A stretch of DNA of 41,348 nucleotides from Parcubacteria group bacterium. Lineage in GTDB: Bacteria > Patescibacteriota > Minisyncoccia > Portnoybacterales > UBA2143. The stretch lies in assembly GCA_013203625.1 (NCBI GenBank), contig JABMPX010000007.1, positions 1 to 41,348 on the forward strand, given 5' to 3'. The notes beneath the pieces are model-generated. The model was given only the letters and a program-made list of their open reading frames with translations, did no database searches and was not told where the DNA came from. Below, piece after piece: positions 7,795 to 16,888 of this stretch. Within the stretch, counting starts at the first letter, position 1; the number at the start of each line of letters is the position of its first letter. The position numbers and the translations under genes were made by a program.

Positions 7795-9510
7795 ATGGCT
7801 TTTTCTTATTTAGAAAAAAAAGCTTTTAAGAATGGATTTAAGATTATAGCTGGAGTTGATGAGGCTGGCCGAGGATGTGAAAGAATAGATGCTGAAGTAT
7901 TAACCAATAATGGTTGGAAGTTTTATTATGATATTACATTTAAAGACAAGGTGTTGTCTTATACTAATGATAATTATATAAAATGGCAGAAAATAGAAAG
8001 AATTATAGGGAAAGATTTTAAGGGTCATCTTATAGAGTTAAAAAATCGAGGCATAAATATAGTTGTGACTCCTGATCATTATTTTACTGTCATTAGAAGA
8101 GTTTTTAAAAGAGATAAAAAAGATAGCAATAAGCTAAAATTAATTAATTACAAGGTGAGAAAAAAAAGAAAAAGAGTAATTGATTTGTCTGATAATGATT
8201 TTATACCTCGGGGAGGAAAATGGAAAGGAATAAGTAAAAAATATTTTAAATTACTTAAAATAGATAAAAATGTAGATCAATTTATAGATATTAAGCTCTG
8301 GATTTCTTTTATGGGATTATTTTTATCAGAGGGCTCTGTTTCTTATTATAAGAAAAAAGGAATGTACAGAATTCATATTGCTCAAAGCAGGGATTCATCA
8401 ACAGATAATTATAGAAAAATTTATCAACTATTAAAAAAACTTCCTTTCAAATTTAGTCAATCTAAAATAGGTTTTTCCTGTTACAACAAACAATTGTATA
8501 TATATTTGAAAAAATTTGGGAAGTGCTACGATAAATTTATACCAAAAAATATTAAAGAATTATCTCCAGATTTATTAAATATTTTTATAAAATGGATGAT
8601 ATTGGGTGATGGAACTTGTTATACTGGGGAAAACAGAAAAGAGGTTTGTGTTTATTATACTGTATCTAATAAATTAAAAGATGACTTCGAAGAAATTTTA
8701 TTAAAAGCAGGATGGACTTATCATACAAATATAAGATTACCTAGGGACAGTTTTATTAAAGGAAAATTAATAAAAAAAGAGAATCAAGTTCCTTGTTTCG
8801 AAATTCGTTTAAGAAGAAATAACAAAGCTCATGTAAAATCTTTACATAAAAAAATGCTTTTTTATAAAGGAAAGGTTTTTTGTTTACAACTTCCCCAACA
8901 CCATAATTTTTATGTAAGACGAAATGGGACAGGATATTTTACAGGGAATAGCTTGGCTGGTCCTGTTGCTGCAGCTGTTGTTTGTTGTCATTCTGAGGCT
9001 AAAAGCCGAAGAATCTTAAGATCCTTCGCTTCGCTCAGGATGACGAGCATTAAAGATTCGAAACAGCTTTCTTTAAAACAAAGAGAAGAGATTTTTGAAA
9101 GAATAATACAAGAGCCAGAAATTAAATGGAAAGTTAGCTTTGTTTGGCCTAAAGTAATTGACAGAATTAATATTCTGCAGGCAACAAAACTGGCTTGGAA
9201 GCGCTGTTTAAAAAAGCTTGATTCTCAGCCGGATTTTTTATTTATAGACGGCAATCAAGAAATTGAACGGCTGAAAATAGAGCAACAGGCAGTTATTAAA
9301 GGTGACCAAAAGATTTTTCTTGTATCCCTTGCTTCTATTATTGCTAAAGTAAGCAGAGATAGATTAATGCAGCGGCTTGATAAAAAACACCCAGGATATG
9401 AATTTGCTCAGCATAAAGGATATGGGACTAAATTACATATAAAAAATTTAAAAAAATTTGGTCCTTGCGAAATTCATCGCAAAAGCTTTAGACCAATTTG
9501 TAAAATATGA
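7795..9510 (+). CDS. rnhB: ribonuclease HII, interrupted by an intein and an in-frame palindromic insertion
   Basis: The N-extein ends GVDEAGRG and the C-extein resumes SLAGPVAAAVV...DSKQLS...IDGN...ASIIAKVSRD...GYG. The host part is about 213 aa once the 358-aa insert is removed. Confidence 0.9.
   Translation: MAFSYLEKKAFKNGFKIIAGVDEAGRGCERIDAEVLTNNGWKFYYDITFKDKVLSYTNDNYIKWQKIERIIGKDFKGHLIELKNRGINIVVTPDHYFTVIRRVFKRDKKDSNKLKLINYKVRKKRKRVIDLSDNDFIPRGGKWKGISKKYFKLLKIDKNVDQFIDIKLWISFMGLFLSEGSVSYYKKKGMYRIHIAQSRDSSTDNYRKIYQLLKKLPFKFSQSKIGFSCYNKQLYIYLKKFGKCYDKFIPKNIKELSPDLLNIFIKWMILGDGTCYTGENRKEVCVYYTVSNKLKDDFEEILLKAGWTYHTNIRLPRDSFIKGKLIKKENQVPCFEIRLRRNNKAHVKSLHKKMLFYKGKVFCLQLPQHHNFYVRRNGTGYFTGNSLAGPVAAAVVCCHSEAKSRRILRSFASLRMTSIKDSKQLSLKQREEIFERIIQEPEIKWKVSFVWPKVIDRINILQATKLAWKRCLKKLDSQPDFLFIDGNQEIERLKIEQQAVIKGDQKIFLVSLASIIAKVSRDRLMQRLDKKHPGYEFAQHKGYGTKLHIKNLKKFGPCEIHRKSFRPICKI
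7876..8949 (+). mobile_element. intein with LAGLIDADG homing-endonuclease domain (358 aa)
   Basis: It starts with Cys (CERIDAEVL, block A). Block B is VVTPDH. The two LAGLIDADG motifs are GLFLSEGSV and WMILGDGTC. Block F/G is QHHNFYV...YFTGN, followed by +1 Ser. Confidence 0.8.
8988..9043. repeat. GC-enriched imperfect palindrome inserted in frame in rnhB
   Basis: The outer arms TCATTCTGAG/CTCAGGATGA and the inner arms centre on CTTAAG. The element encodes HSEAKSRRILRSFASLRMTS in the loop between GPVAAAVV and DSKQLS. Confidence 0.65.
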
Positions 9511-10802
9511 TTTTAATTAAAAATACTACTATTATCACTCAAAATCGGAAAAGGCAGATTGTGAAAAATGCTGCATTAGTTATTGAGAAAGATATTATTA
9601 AAGATATCGGTTTAAGTAAAAAAATAGAAAAGCAGTATAGTAAAAAAACCAAGAAAATAATTGACGGGCAAGGCAAAGTAATTATGCCTGGAATGATTAA
9701 TGCTCATACTCATTTAGCTATGAGTCTTTTGCGCGGTTATGCTGATGATGTGAATTTAGAAGAATGGTGGCTAAAGCATATTTATCCAATAGAATCAAAA
9801 TTTGGCCGTAAAGAAGTATATTGGGGTTCTTTATTATCTATGTTAGAAATGATTAAATCAGGCACAACTTGTTTTGCTGATTTTTATTATTATGAAGATG
9901 AAGTTGGCGCAATAGCCAAAGAAATAGGCATGAGAGGAATCTTAGGATGCGCAGTTTTAGATATGCCAACTTTTTATTTCAAAGATACTGATTCAGCTTT
10001 AAAAAAAGCTCAAGCAATAATCAAGAAATTTTCAAATGACTTATTAATTAAAACAGCTTTAGCGCCTCATATGTTTCAAACAACTTCTTTGGCAACTTAT
10101 AAAAAGTGCAAAGAATTAGCTAATCAATATGATTCACTTTTATTAACCCATACAGCTGAAACCAAACAAGAAGTTGATTATTGTTTAAATGAATATAAGC
10201 AGCGGCCAGTAGAAATTTTAGCTCAAGCTGGAATTTTAGATAAAAAAACTTTATTAGCTCATTGCTGCTGGCTTAATAAAAAAGAAATTAAGATTTTAGC
10301 TAAGTCTGGCGCTTCAGTGGCTCATTGTCCAATTTCCAATATGAAATTAGGTTCAGGCATAATGCCCTTGTCCGAAATGTTAAAAGCAGGCATTAATATC
10401 AGCTTAGGCACAGATAGCGCTTGTTCTAATAATAGCTTAGATATGTTTGGAGAAATGAAAACATCTGCTCTGTTGCATAAAATTAATAATTTAGATCCAG
10501 TTGTGGCTGGCGTCCAAACAGTTTTGGACATGGCTACTATTAATGGAGCCAAGGCATTAGGATTAGAAAAAGAAATTGGCTCTTTGGAAATAGGCAAAAA
10601 AGCAGATTTAATTATACTTGACTTTGAGCAGCCTCATTTAATGCCTATGCACAATCCTGTTTCTCATTTGGTTTATTCAGCTAAAGGCAGTGATGTAGAA
10701 ACAACAATCATTAATGGAAAAATTATTATGGAGAAAAAAAGAATTAAAAAAGTTGATGAGTATAAGATTTTAGATAAAGTTAAAAAAATTGCTTGTTTTT
10801 AA
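9507..10802 (+). CDS. mtaD: amidohydrolase, 5-methylthioadenosine/S-adenosylhomocysteine deaminase-like
   Basis: INAHTHLAMSLLRGYADD (HxH metal site), HTAET, and the GTDS...N motifs of the MtaD/SsnA family. The start overlaps the rnhB stop as ATGA. Confidence 0.8.
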   Translation: MILIKNTTIITQNRKRQIVKNAALVIEKDIIKDIGLSKKIEKQYSKKTKKIIDGQGKVIMPGMINAHTHLAMSLLRGYADDVNLEEWWLKHIYPIESKFGRKEVYWGSLLSMLEMIKSGTTCFADFYYYEDEVGAIAKEIGMRGILGCAVLDMPTFYFKDTDSALKKAQAIIKKFSNDLLIKTALAPHMFQTTSLATYKKCKELANQYDSLLLTHTAETKQEVDYCLNEYKQRPVEILAQAGILDKKTLLAHCCWLNKKEIKILAKSGASVAHCPISNMKLGSGIMPLSEMLKAGINISLGTDSACSNNSLDMFGEMKTSALLHKINNLDPVVAGVQTVLDMATINGAKALGLEKEIGSLEIGKKADLIILDFEQPHLMPMHNPVSHLVYSAKGSDVETTIINGKIIMEKKRIKKVDEYKILDKVKKIACF

Positions 10803-10823
10803 AATGAGTGATATGCTTAAATT

Positions 10824-11540
10824 ATGATTGATAAAAAAACAATTATTTTAGGGCTTGTTATTATAGCAGTTTTAGTTGGCGTTGTTTGGTATAATAATCA
10901 GAATGGTCCGATAATAGATAATCAAACAGCTTCTATTGTAGAAATTGATAGTGAAAGTGAAGAAGTTACAGAATTAGATGGAGATTTTATTATTGGAGAT
11001 CCAAATGCTCCAGTAACTATGATAGAATATTCAAGTTATCAATGTGGAGCTTGTTCTAATTTTCATGAACTAACTTTTCCTTTAATTATTGAAAATTATG
11101 TTAAGACTGGGAAAGTTAAAGTTATTACTCGTCTTGTTTCTCATCCTGCTTTAAGCGTTGCTGTGCTTTGTGGACAAGAACAAGGAGCTTTTTGGGAAGT
11201 TAATGAATATATTTTTGGAAATATTGCAACAATTCAAACAATTGATGATATTCAAGCTGTTGCGGGTATATTAGGATTAAATCAAGAATCTTTTAATCAG
11301 TGTTTTAATCCAGTTGATGAATATGTAGGCCATGTTTTAAAGTGGTTTGAACAGGGAGAAAAACCGAAGGATTGCGACAGGGACTGGCTTCCCTCTTGCC
11401 AAATTATAGAATGGTTTCATAAATTTGAAGAAGATGGTCTTCAAGACACACCAAGCTTTCTTATTAACAACCAGCAAATTATTGGCAACCGACTATATAG
11501 CCAATTCGAAAGAATAATTGAGGAGGAATTAGCTAAGTAA
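10824..11540 (+). CDS. membrane-anchored DsbA-family thiol:disulfide oxidoreductase
   Basis: N-terminal TM segment, thioredoxin-fold CGAC active site (YQCGACSNF), and C-terminal TPSFLINNQ. Confidence 0.7.
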   Translation: MIDKKTIILGLVIIAVLVGVVWYNNQNGPIIDNQTASIVEIDSESEEVTELDGDFIIGDPNAPVTMIEYSSYQCGACSNFHELTFPLIIENYVKTGKVKVITRLVSHPALSVAVLCGQEQGAFWEVNEYIFGNIATIQTIDDIQAVAGILGLNQESFNQCFNPVDEYVGHVLKWFEQGEKPKDCDRDWLPSCQIIEWFHKFEEDGLQDTPSFLINNQQIIGNRLYSQFERIIEEELAK

Positions 11541-11586
11541 GGAGTATTTAAAACAGCTTTTTTAACAATTTAATAAGGAGTTTGTC

Positions 11587-12039
11587 ATGAGAGAAATGAC
11601 TAAAGAAATTGAGAAGTTTGAACATATAATTGGTAAAGAAATTTTAAACGAGATTCGCAATACAATAAAAAGACTTGCTCAAGCAGATATTTCTGTAAGA
11701 GATGGAAGGAGTAGTAATGAAGAAAGAGTAAGAAAGATTTTAGATGTGCAATGCAATAAGAATGGAATAGTTAGTTATTGTTATTTTCAGAATTATAAGA
11801 AATATGGCGATTTTTTACTTATTGTGGTAAAAAAAGGCAAACATATTCCTCTTGGATTAAGAATTAGAGAATCAGAAAAAAAGGCAGATGAACAGAGAAA
11901 GCGACGCTCTGAAATAGAGAAAGGATTCAGTCATCCTGGATTTATAAAATCATTTGTTATTGTAGTTAATTCTCAAATGACTGATTTAAAAATTAGAGAT
12001 GTAATAAAGAAAAACATAAAACAGTTTCAGGAATCCTGA
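11587..12039 (+). CDS. hypothetical protein (150 aa)
   Basis: AGGAG Shine-Dalgarno upstream, a clean ORF, and a strong terminator downstream. No recognisable motif. Confidence 0.5.
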   Translation: MREMTKEIEKFEHIIGKEILNEIRNTIKRLAQADISVRDGRSSNEERVRKILDVQCNKNGIVSYCYFQNYKKYGDFLLIVVKKGKHIPLGLRIRESEKKADEQRKRRSEIEKGFSHPGFIKSFVIVVNSQMTDLKIRDVIKKNIKQFQES

Positions 12040-12084
12040 TTAAGATTAGTTAAACTAATCAACAATCAGGATTTTTTATTTTTT
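12032..12084 (+). terminator. intrinsic terminator
   Basis: Long hairpin: AATCCTGATT/AATCAGGATT enclosing GATTAG/CTAATC, followed by TTTTTTATTTTTT. Confidence 0.75.
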
Positions 12085-12107
12085 GATTTTATGTTATCAT
12101 TATTTTA

Positions 12108-13031
12108 ATGGACTTAATTATAGAAAAAAAACAAATAAAAGATTGGTTAGCTGAATTAAAGAAGGAAAATGTTGTAATTGACAGCAAAAAGGATGCTTTG
12201 CCAATCAAGCAATATTTTTTCCCGCCTAAACAGGAAATTTTTATTTTCAACAAAGAAACAAAAGAATTAGAAAGTCCTGATTATAAGAAGGAAATTATTA
12301 TTATCTGTCATCATTTAGGCCAGCTTGAAGCAATGACTCAATTAGATGAAATAATGGGAAAGCCGAATCCGGATTTTTTTTACTGGCAAAGAAGGGAAAA
12401 ATCTATTTTAATCGGTTTAATTGATGAATCTGTTGAAGTAGCGCCTGGAGGAGATCTTGTTCTTGAAAAAATAAATTCTAAGCAATATAGAGTTTTAATA
12501 TTAACCGAAAAAGGAAAAAAGATTATTAAAAATAAGTTTTTTAAAGAAATAGATAAACCAGAAATAAAGAATTATCTATCTGAAGAAAATCCCTTTAAAG
12601 AAATGCTTTTGGATTCAGAGCTTTTAGCTGATGCTGTTAAATGGTCAAAAAATCATAAGATTTGGGATAAGTTGGCTAAGAAATGTTTGGGTTGCGGAAT
12701 TTGTACTTATGTTTGTCCTCTTTGTCATTGTTTTTCAATTGATGATAGAGTTGTTTTAGACGATAAAGAATGTATCCGTTGCAGACAATGGGATGCTTGC
12801 ACCCTGCCTAATTTTGCTAAAATTGCAGGCGGGCATAATTTTCATAAAACAATAAAAGAACGATATTATAATTGGTTTTATCATAAATTTGTTAGGGCGT
12901 ATAAGGAATATGGAAAAGCTCAGTGCGTGGCTTGCGGAAATTGCAAAAGAAATTGCCCTGCTGGAATTAATATTGGAGATGTTTTAAAAGAAATAGTTGA
13001 GGATTATAAAAAGCATGGAAAATCTATATAA
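12108..13031 (+). CDS. hydB: group-3b-type hydrogenase beta subunit (4Fe-4S protein)
   Basis: Cys clusters CLGCGICTYVCPLCHC and CVACGNCKRNCP. It is first in the four-gene hydrogenase operon. Confidence 0.75.
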   Translation: MDLIIEKKQIKDWLAELKKENVVIDSKKDALPIKQYFFPPKQEIFIFNKETKELESPDYKKEIIIICHHLGQLEAMTQLDEIMGKPNPDFFYWQRREKSILIGLIDESVEVAPGGDLVLEKINSKQYRVLILTEKGKKIIKNKFFKEIDKPEIKNYLSEENPFKEMLLDSELLADAVKWSKNHKIWDKLAKKCLGCGICTYVCPLCHCFSIDDRVVLDDKECIRCRQWDACTLPNFAKIAGGHNFHKTIKERYYNWFYHKFVRAYKEYGKAQCVACGNCKRNCPAGINIGDVLKEIVEDYKKHGKSI

Positions 13032-13809
13032 GCCATTTAAAGTTAAAATAGCTAAAGTAGAAAAACATTCTAATGATGTTAAACTTTTTCGCCTTGAGAA
13101 GAATTTATCTTTTAATCCAGGACAGTTTATCTTAGTCAGTCATTTTGGTTATGGTGAAGCGCCTTTTGGAATTGCTTCTTCGCCTTATCAAGATTCATAT
13201 ATTGATATAGTAGTTAGGCGAGTTGGAACATTAACCAAGGCCTTGCATAAATTAGAGCCAGGCGATGAAATTTTTATGCGCGGTCCTTATGGGAATGGAT
13301 TTCCTTTAGATTTTATTTCAGGAAAAGATATTGTTATGGTTACTGGAGGATGTGGAATTCCTCCTATCGCAGCTTTAATAGAATATATTATTGCTAATAA
13401 AGATAAGTTTGGAAGGGTGTATTTAATTTATGGAGCCAAAACTCCAAATGATTTATTAATGAAAGACAATTTTAAAAGATGGGGGAAAGACATAAAGATT
13501 TTATTAACAGTTGATGAGCCAGATAAAAATTGGAAGGGATACAAAGGAATGGTTTCAGAATTAGTTGATGAAATAAAGATTGACGCAAAAGATGCAGTAT
13601 CTGTTATGTGCGGACCAGGCCCAATGATGGATGTTTTGGAGAAAATTTTAAGGCCATTAGGTATTCCAGACCGCAGGATTTTTGTTAATATGGAAAGGAA
13701 AATGCAATGTGGAATAGGCAAGTGCCAGCATTGTGTTACTGGAGATAAGTATGTTTGTGAAGATGGTCCAGTATTTAATTTTGACGAAGTAGATAAAAAC
13801 TGGGATTAA
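12997..13809 (+). CDS. hydG: hydrogenase gamma subunit (FAD/NAD(P)-binding oxidoreductase with 2Fe-2S site)
   Basis: Ferredoxin-reductase fold (GPYGNGF, MVTGGCGIPP) and C-terminal CGIGKCQHC. The true start may be the MENLYKPF Met at 13015. Confidence 0.8.
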   Translation: MRIIKSMENLYKPFKVKIAKVEKHSNDVKLFRLEKNLSFNPGQFILVSHFGYGEAPFGIASSPYQDSYIDIVVRRVGTLTKALHKLEPGDEIFMRGPYGNGFPLDFISGKDIVMVTGGCGIPPIAALIEYIIANKDKFGRVYLIYGAKTPNDLLMKDNFKRWGKDIKILLTVDEPDKNWKGYKGMVSELVDEIKIDAKDAVSVMCGPGPMMDVLEKILRPLGIPDRRIFVNMERKMQCGIGKCQHCVTGDKYVCEDGPVFNFDEVDKNWD

Positions 13810-13836
13810 GGTATATTTCATAAATAAAATAATATT

Positions 13837-14568
13837 ATGCAAAAGCCAAAAATATCAATTTATGATTTTACTGATTGTGAAGGATGTCAGATTAAACTCA
13901 TTGCATTAAAAGAGAAGTTTTTGATTTTGGGAAAAAGAGTTGATATTGTTAATTGGCGTTTAGGACAGGAAAATAATGAATCAGGTCCTTTTGATATTTC
14001 TATTATTGAGGGAGCTCCTATCACTCAATATGAAATAGATTTACTTAAGAAATTAAGAAAAGAATCAAAGGTTTTAATTGGATTAGGCAGTTGCGCTACA
14101 TTAGGCGGAATTCCAGGTATTATAGATAAAGCGCAAAGGAAAAAATGGTATAAAAAGATTTATGGGGATAATTACAGGCCAAGAGGTGTTGATGCCTTGC
14201 CTTTGTCCGCCTATGTTAAAGTTGATTTTTTAATTCATGGATGTCCTATTAATGAGAATGAAGTAATTCAAGCTATGGAAGATTTATTAGCAGGGAAAGA
14301 GCCGAAGTATTGCGATTATTCTGTCTGTTTTGAATGCAAGCAAGCTAATAATCCTTGCCGTTTATTGGATAATTTTCCATGTCTTGGTCCAATTATCCAA
14401 GGAGGATGTAATGCAATCTGTATTAGTGGTGGTTCACCATGTTATGGATGTTTTGGTTTGCGCGAGGATGCAGAAAAAAAGAATTTAATTAAAATACTTG
14501 AAAAAATAACAGATCAGAAAGAAATAGATAGATATTTCTCAATGTTTTTAAATAAAGTTAATAAATAA
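13837..14568 (+). CDS. hydD: [NiFe] hydrogenase small (delta) subunit
   Basis: FTDCEGCQ, GSCATLGGIP, and the distal Cys-rich region of small subunits. Confidence 0.8.
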   Translation: MQKPKISIYDFTDCEGCQIKLIALKEKFLILGKRVDIVNWRLGQENNESGPFDISIIEGAPITQYEIDLLKKLRKESKVLIGLGSCATLGGIPGIIDKAQRKKWYKKIYGDNYRPRGVDALPLSAYVKVDFLIHGCPINENEVIQAMEDLLAGKEPKYCDYSVCFECKQANNPCRLLDNFPCLGPIIQGGCNAICISGGSPCYGCFGLREDAEKKNLIKILEKITDQKEIDRYFSMFLNKVNK

Positions 14569-14570
14569 TT

Positions 14571-15776
14571 ATGAATGAATTTATAGCAAAAATTGAAGGG
14601 CATGGAAATTTAACTATTGATTGGGAAAAGAATCAGGTTAAACTTAATATTCATGAAGGAGAGCGTCTTTTTGAGGGCTTGTTAGTTGGCAGAACTGCTG
14701 AGGAGATGTATTGGATTACACCTCGTATTTGCGGAATTTGTCCAATCGCGCATAATTTAGCTTCCTTGGCTGCCGTAGAAGATGCATTGGGGATTAAAGT
14801 AAATTCAACAACTATTCTATTGCGTGATTTAATGCAGTGCGGACAAATGATTCAAAGCCATGCTTTGCATCTTTTCTTTTTATCTTTACCTGATTATTTA
14901 GGGATTGATAGAGGTACTGAATTAGCTCAGAAAAATCCAGAAGCGTTTAAAAGCGCTTTGGCTTTAAAAGGGATTTCTGATGAAATTGCTGAAATAATAG
15001 CTGGGCGATCTGTTCATCCAACCAGAACAACAATAGGCGGATTTCATAAAATTCCATTTAAAAGCGTTTTAGAAAAATTGTTAAATAAATTGAAGAAAAC
15101 AGAAAAAGATGCTAAAAATGCTCTTGAATTGGTTTCTAAAATTGATTTCCCTGAATTAAAAGTTGAATTGCAATTAGCAGCACAGGACAACGGCTTGATT
15201 ATAGCTGTTTCTTCAAATAATATTAAAGGGAGAAAAGAGTCGTCTATTAGGAATTATAAGGAGGTAATTGAAGAGGAAGTTAGAGATTATTCTACAGCCA
15301 AGTTTGGCAAATATAGAGGAGAGGAAATGTTAGTTGGTTCCTTGGCGCGATTAGCAGTTTATGGAGATTATGATAAAAAGTATGAAATAGATTTTGGAAA
15401 TCCTTTTCATAATAATCTCGCGCAAGCAATTGAAATCTTAACTTATCATCAGAAAGCTCAGAAAATAATCGAGCAGTTATTAGATACGGGGATGGATAAG
15501 AAAGTCATTAAATCAAGCAAGAATTCTTCTTTTAAGGGCATTGGTGCAACAGAAGCTCCGCGCGGAGGGCTTTATCATGAGGTTCATCTGGATAAAGATA
15601 ATATTATAACTCATGCCAATATTATTACACCAACAGTTCAGAATTTAACTTCAATTGAAAAAAGCGCTAATGCTTTATTAAAGCAAACAAAAAATCGTTC
15701 TAAAAAAGAAATAGAACGATTGTTAGTTATGTTAGTGCGCGCGTATGATCCTTGTATTACTTGCTCAGTCCATTGA
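14571..15776 (+). CDS. hydA: [NiFe] hydrogenase large (alpha) subunit
   Basis: N-terminal RICGICPIAH and C-terminal DPCITCSVH Ni-Fe ligand motifs. The ORF stops directly after the His. Confidence 0.9.
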   Translation: MNEFIAKIEGHGNLTIDWEKNQVKLNIHEGERLFEGLLVGRTAEEMYWITPRICGICPIAHNLASLAAVEDALGIKVNSTTILLRDLMQCGQMIQSHALHLFFLSLPDYLGIDRGTELAQKNPEAFKSALALKGISDEIAEIIAGRSVHPTRTTIGGFHKIPFKSVLEKLLNKLKKTEKDAKNALELVSKIDFPELKVELQLAAQDNGLIIAVSSNNIKGRKESSIRNYKEVIEEEVRDYSTAKFGKYRGEEMLVGSLARLAVYGDYDKKYEIDFGNPFHNNLAQAIEILTYHQKAQKIIEQLLDTGMDKKVIKSSKNSSFKGIGATEAPRGGLYHEVHLDKDNIITHANIITPTVQNLTSIEKSANALLKQTKNRSKKEIERLLVMLVRAYDPCITCSVH

Positions 15777-15969
15777 CGATTTTTAAAATTCTCTTAGCTT
15801 CAGTTTTTGGCACTTTGTTAATTGCAAGATTATCATGAATTAAAAGATAATCACCAATTTTAACATTTTTAACTAAACTTAAATTAGCCTTATGTTGATG
15901 ATTGTTTGATTGAACAGTTGCCCAATCTTTCTCTATCTTAATAACTTTACTTGGGGTTGCTAAACACAT
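15757..15969 (-). CDS. hypC: hydrogenase assembly chaperone HypC/HupF
   Basis: MCLATPSKVIKI N-terminus and a length of 70 aa. It is convergent with, and overlaps by 20 nt, the large-subunit gene. Confidence 0.85.
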   Translation of the reverse strand: MCLATPSKVIKIEKDWATVQSNNHQHKANLSLVKNVKIGDYLLIHDNLAINKVPKTEAKRILKIVNGLSK

Positions 15970-15991
15970 ATAAAATGATTATATTACAATT

Positions 15992-16888
15992 ATGAATAAA
16001 AACAAAGGAATATTATTAATTTTAGGTACTGCTTTTATTTCTGGCACAGTTGTTTTTATTAGTAAATTTGGCGTTAGTATTATTAATCCATATATTTTTG
16101 CTGGTTTGAAAAATATTATTGTTGCTATATTAGTTATTAGTTGGCTTTTAATGTTTAAAGATTGGAAGATTTTGAAGAATCTGAAAAAGATTCAATGGAT
16201 GTTTCTTTTAGGGATTGGTTTGATTGGCGGTTCAATTCCTTTCCTTTTATACTTTAAAGGCCTTTCTATGACCGCGCCAATACAAGCTGCTTTTATTCAT
16301 AAAACAATGTTTATCTATATAGCTGTTTTAGCAGTTATATTTCTAAAAGAGAAAATAAGTAAAGGATTTTTAATTGGCGGGCTATTGCTTGTTATAGGCA
16401 ATATTTTATTATTAAGAGTAATCCCTCATCAGTTTGGCTGGGGAGATTTTCTTATTCTTTCAGCCACATTATTTTGGGCTGGTGAAAACATTTTAAGCAA
16501 ACACTTACTTAAGGAATTACCTTCAAGGATAGTTATTTGGGGGAGGATGTTTTTTGGTTCAATCTTTATTTTCATTTTCTGGTTGATTACAGGCCAGGCT
16601 CATTTAGCTTTATTTTTGAATTTAGAACAAATAGGTTGGGTAATGATAACTTCAGTTTTCCTTTTTGGTTATGTTGTAACTTGGTATACTGGTTTAAAAT
16701 ATGTTAAAGTTTCAGTGGCTGCCACTATATTATTATTAGCCAGTCCTATTACAATTTTACTTTCTTTGATTGTTTTGAATGGAGGAATATTATTAACTCA
16801 GTCAATTGGTATGGTTTTAATTGCTTTGTCTATATTCTTAATATATAAATCAAGCATTCAAAGAACAATTATTAAAAATAATGTTTAA
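15992..16888 (+). CDS. EamA/DMT-family transporter
   Basis: About 10 hydrophobic segments in a two-fold EamA-like arrangement. Confidence 0.7.
   Translation: MNKNKGILLILGTAFISGTVVFISKFGVSIINPYIFAGLKNIIVAILVISWLLMFKDWKILKNLKKIQWMFLLGIGLIGGSIPFLLYFKGLSMTAPIQAAFIHKTMFIYIAVLAVIFLKEKISKGFLIGGLLLVIGNILLLRVIPHQFGWGDFLILSATLFWAGENILSKHLLKELPSRIVIWGRMFFGSIFIFIFWLITGQAHLALFLNLEQIGWVMITSVFLFGYVVTWYTGLKYVKVSVAATILLLASPITILLSLIVLNGGILLTQSIGMVLIALSIFLIYKSSIQRTIIKNNV

Noticed and set aside
11355-11400. A GC-richer patch inside the DsbA-like gene (encoding EKPKDCDRDWLPSC), considered as another in-frame palindromic insertion.
   Set aside because: I could not find convincing dyad symmetry or similarity to the rnhB element. 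It may simply be a lineage-specific loop.
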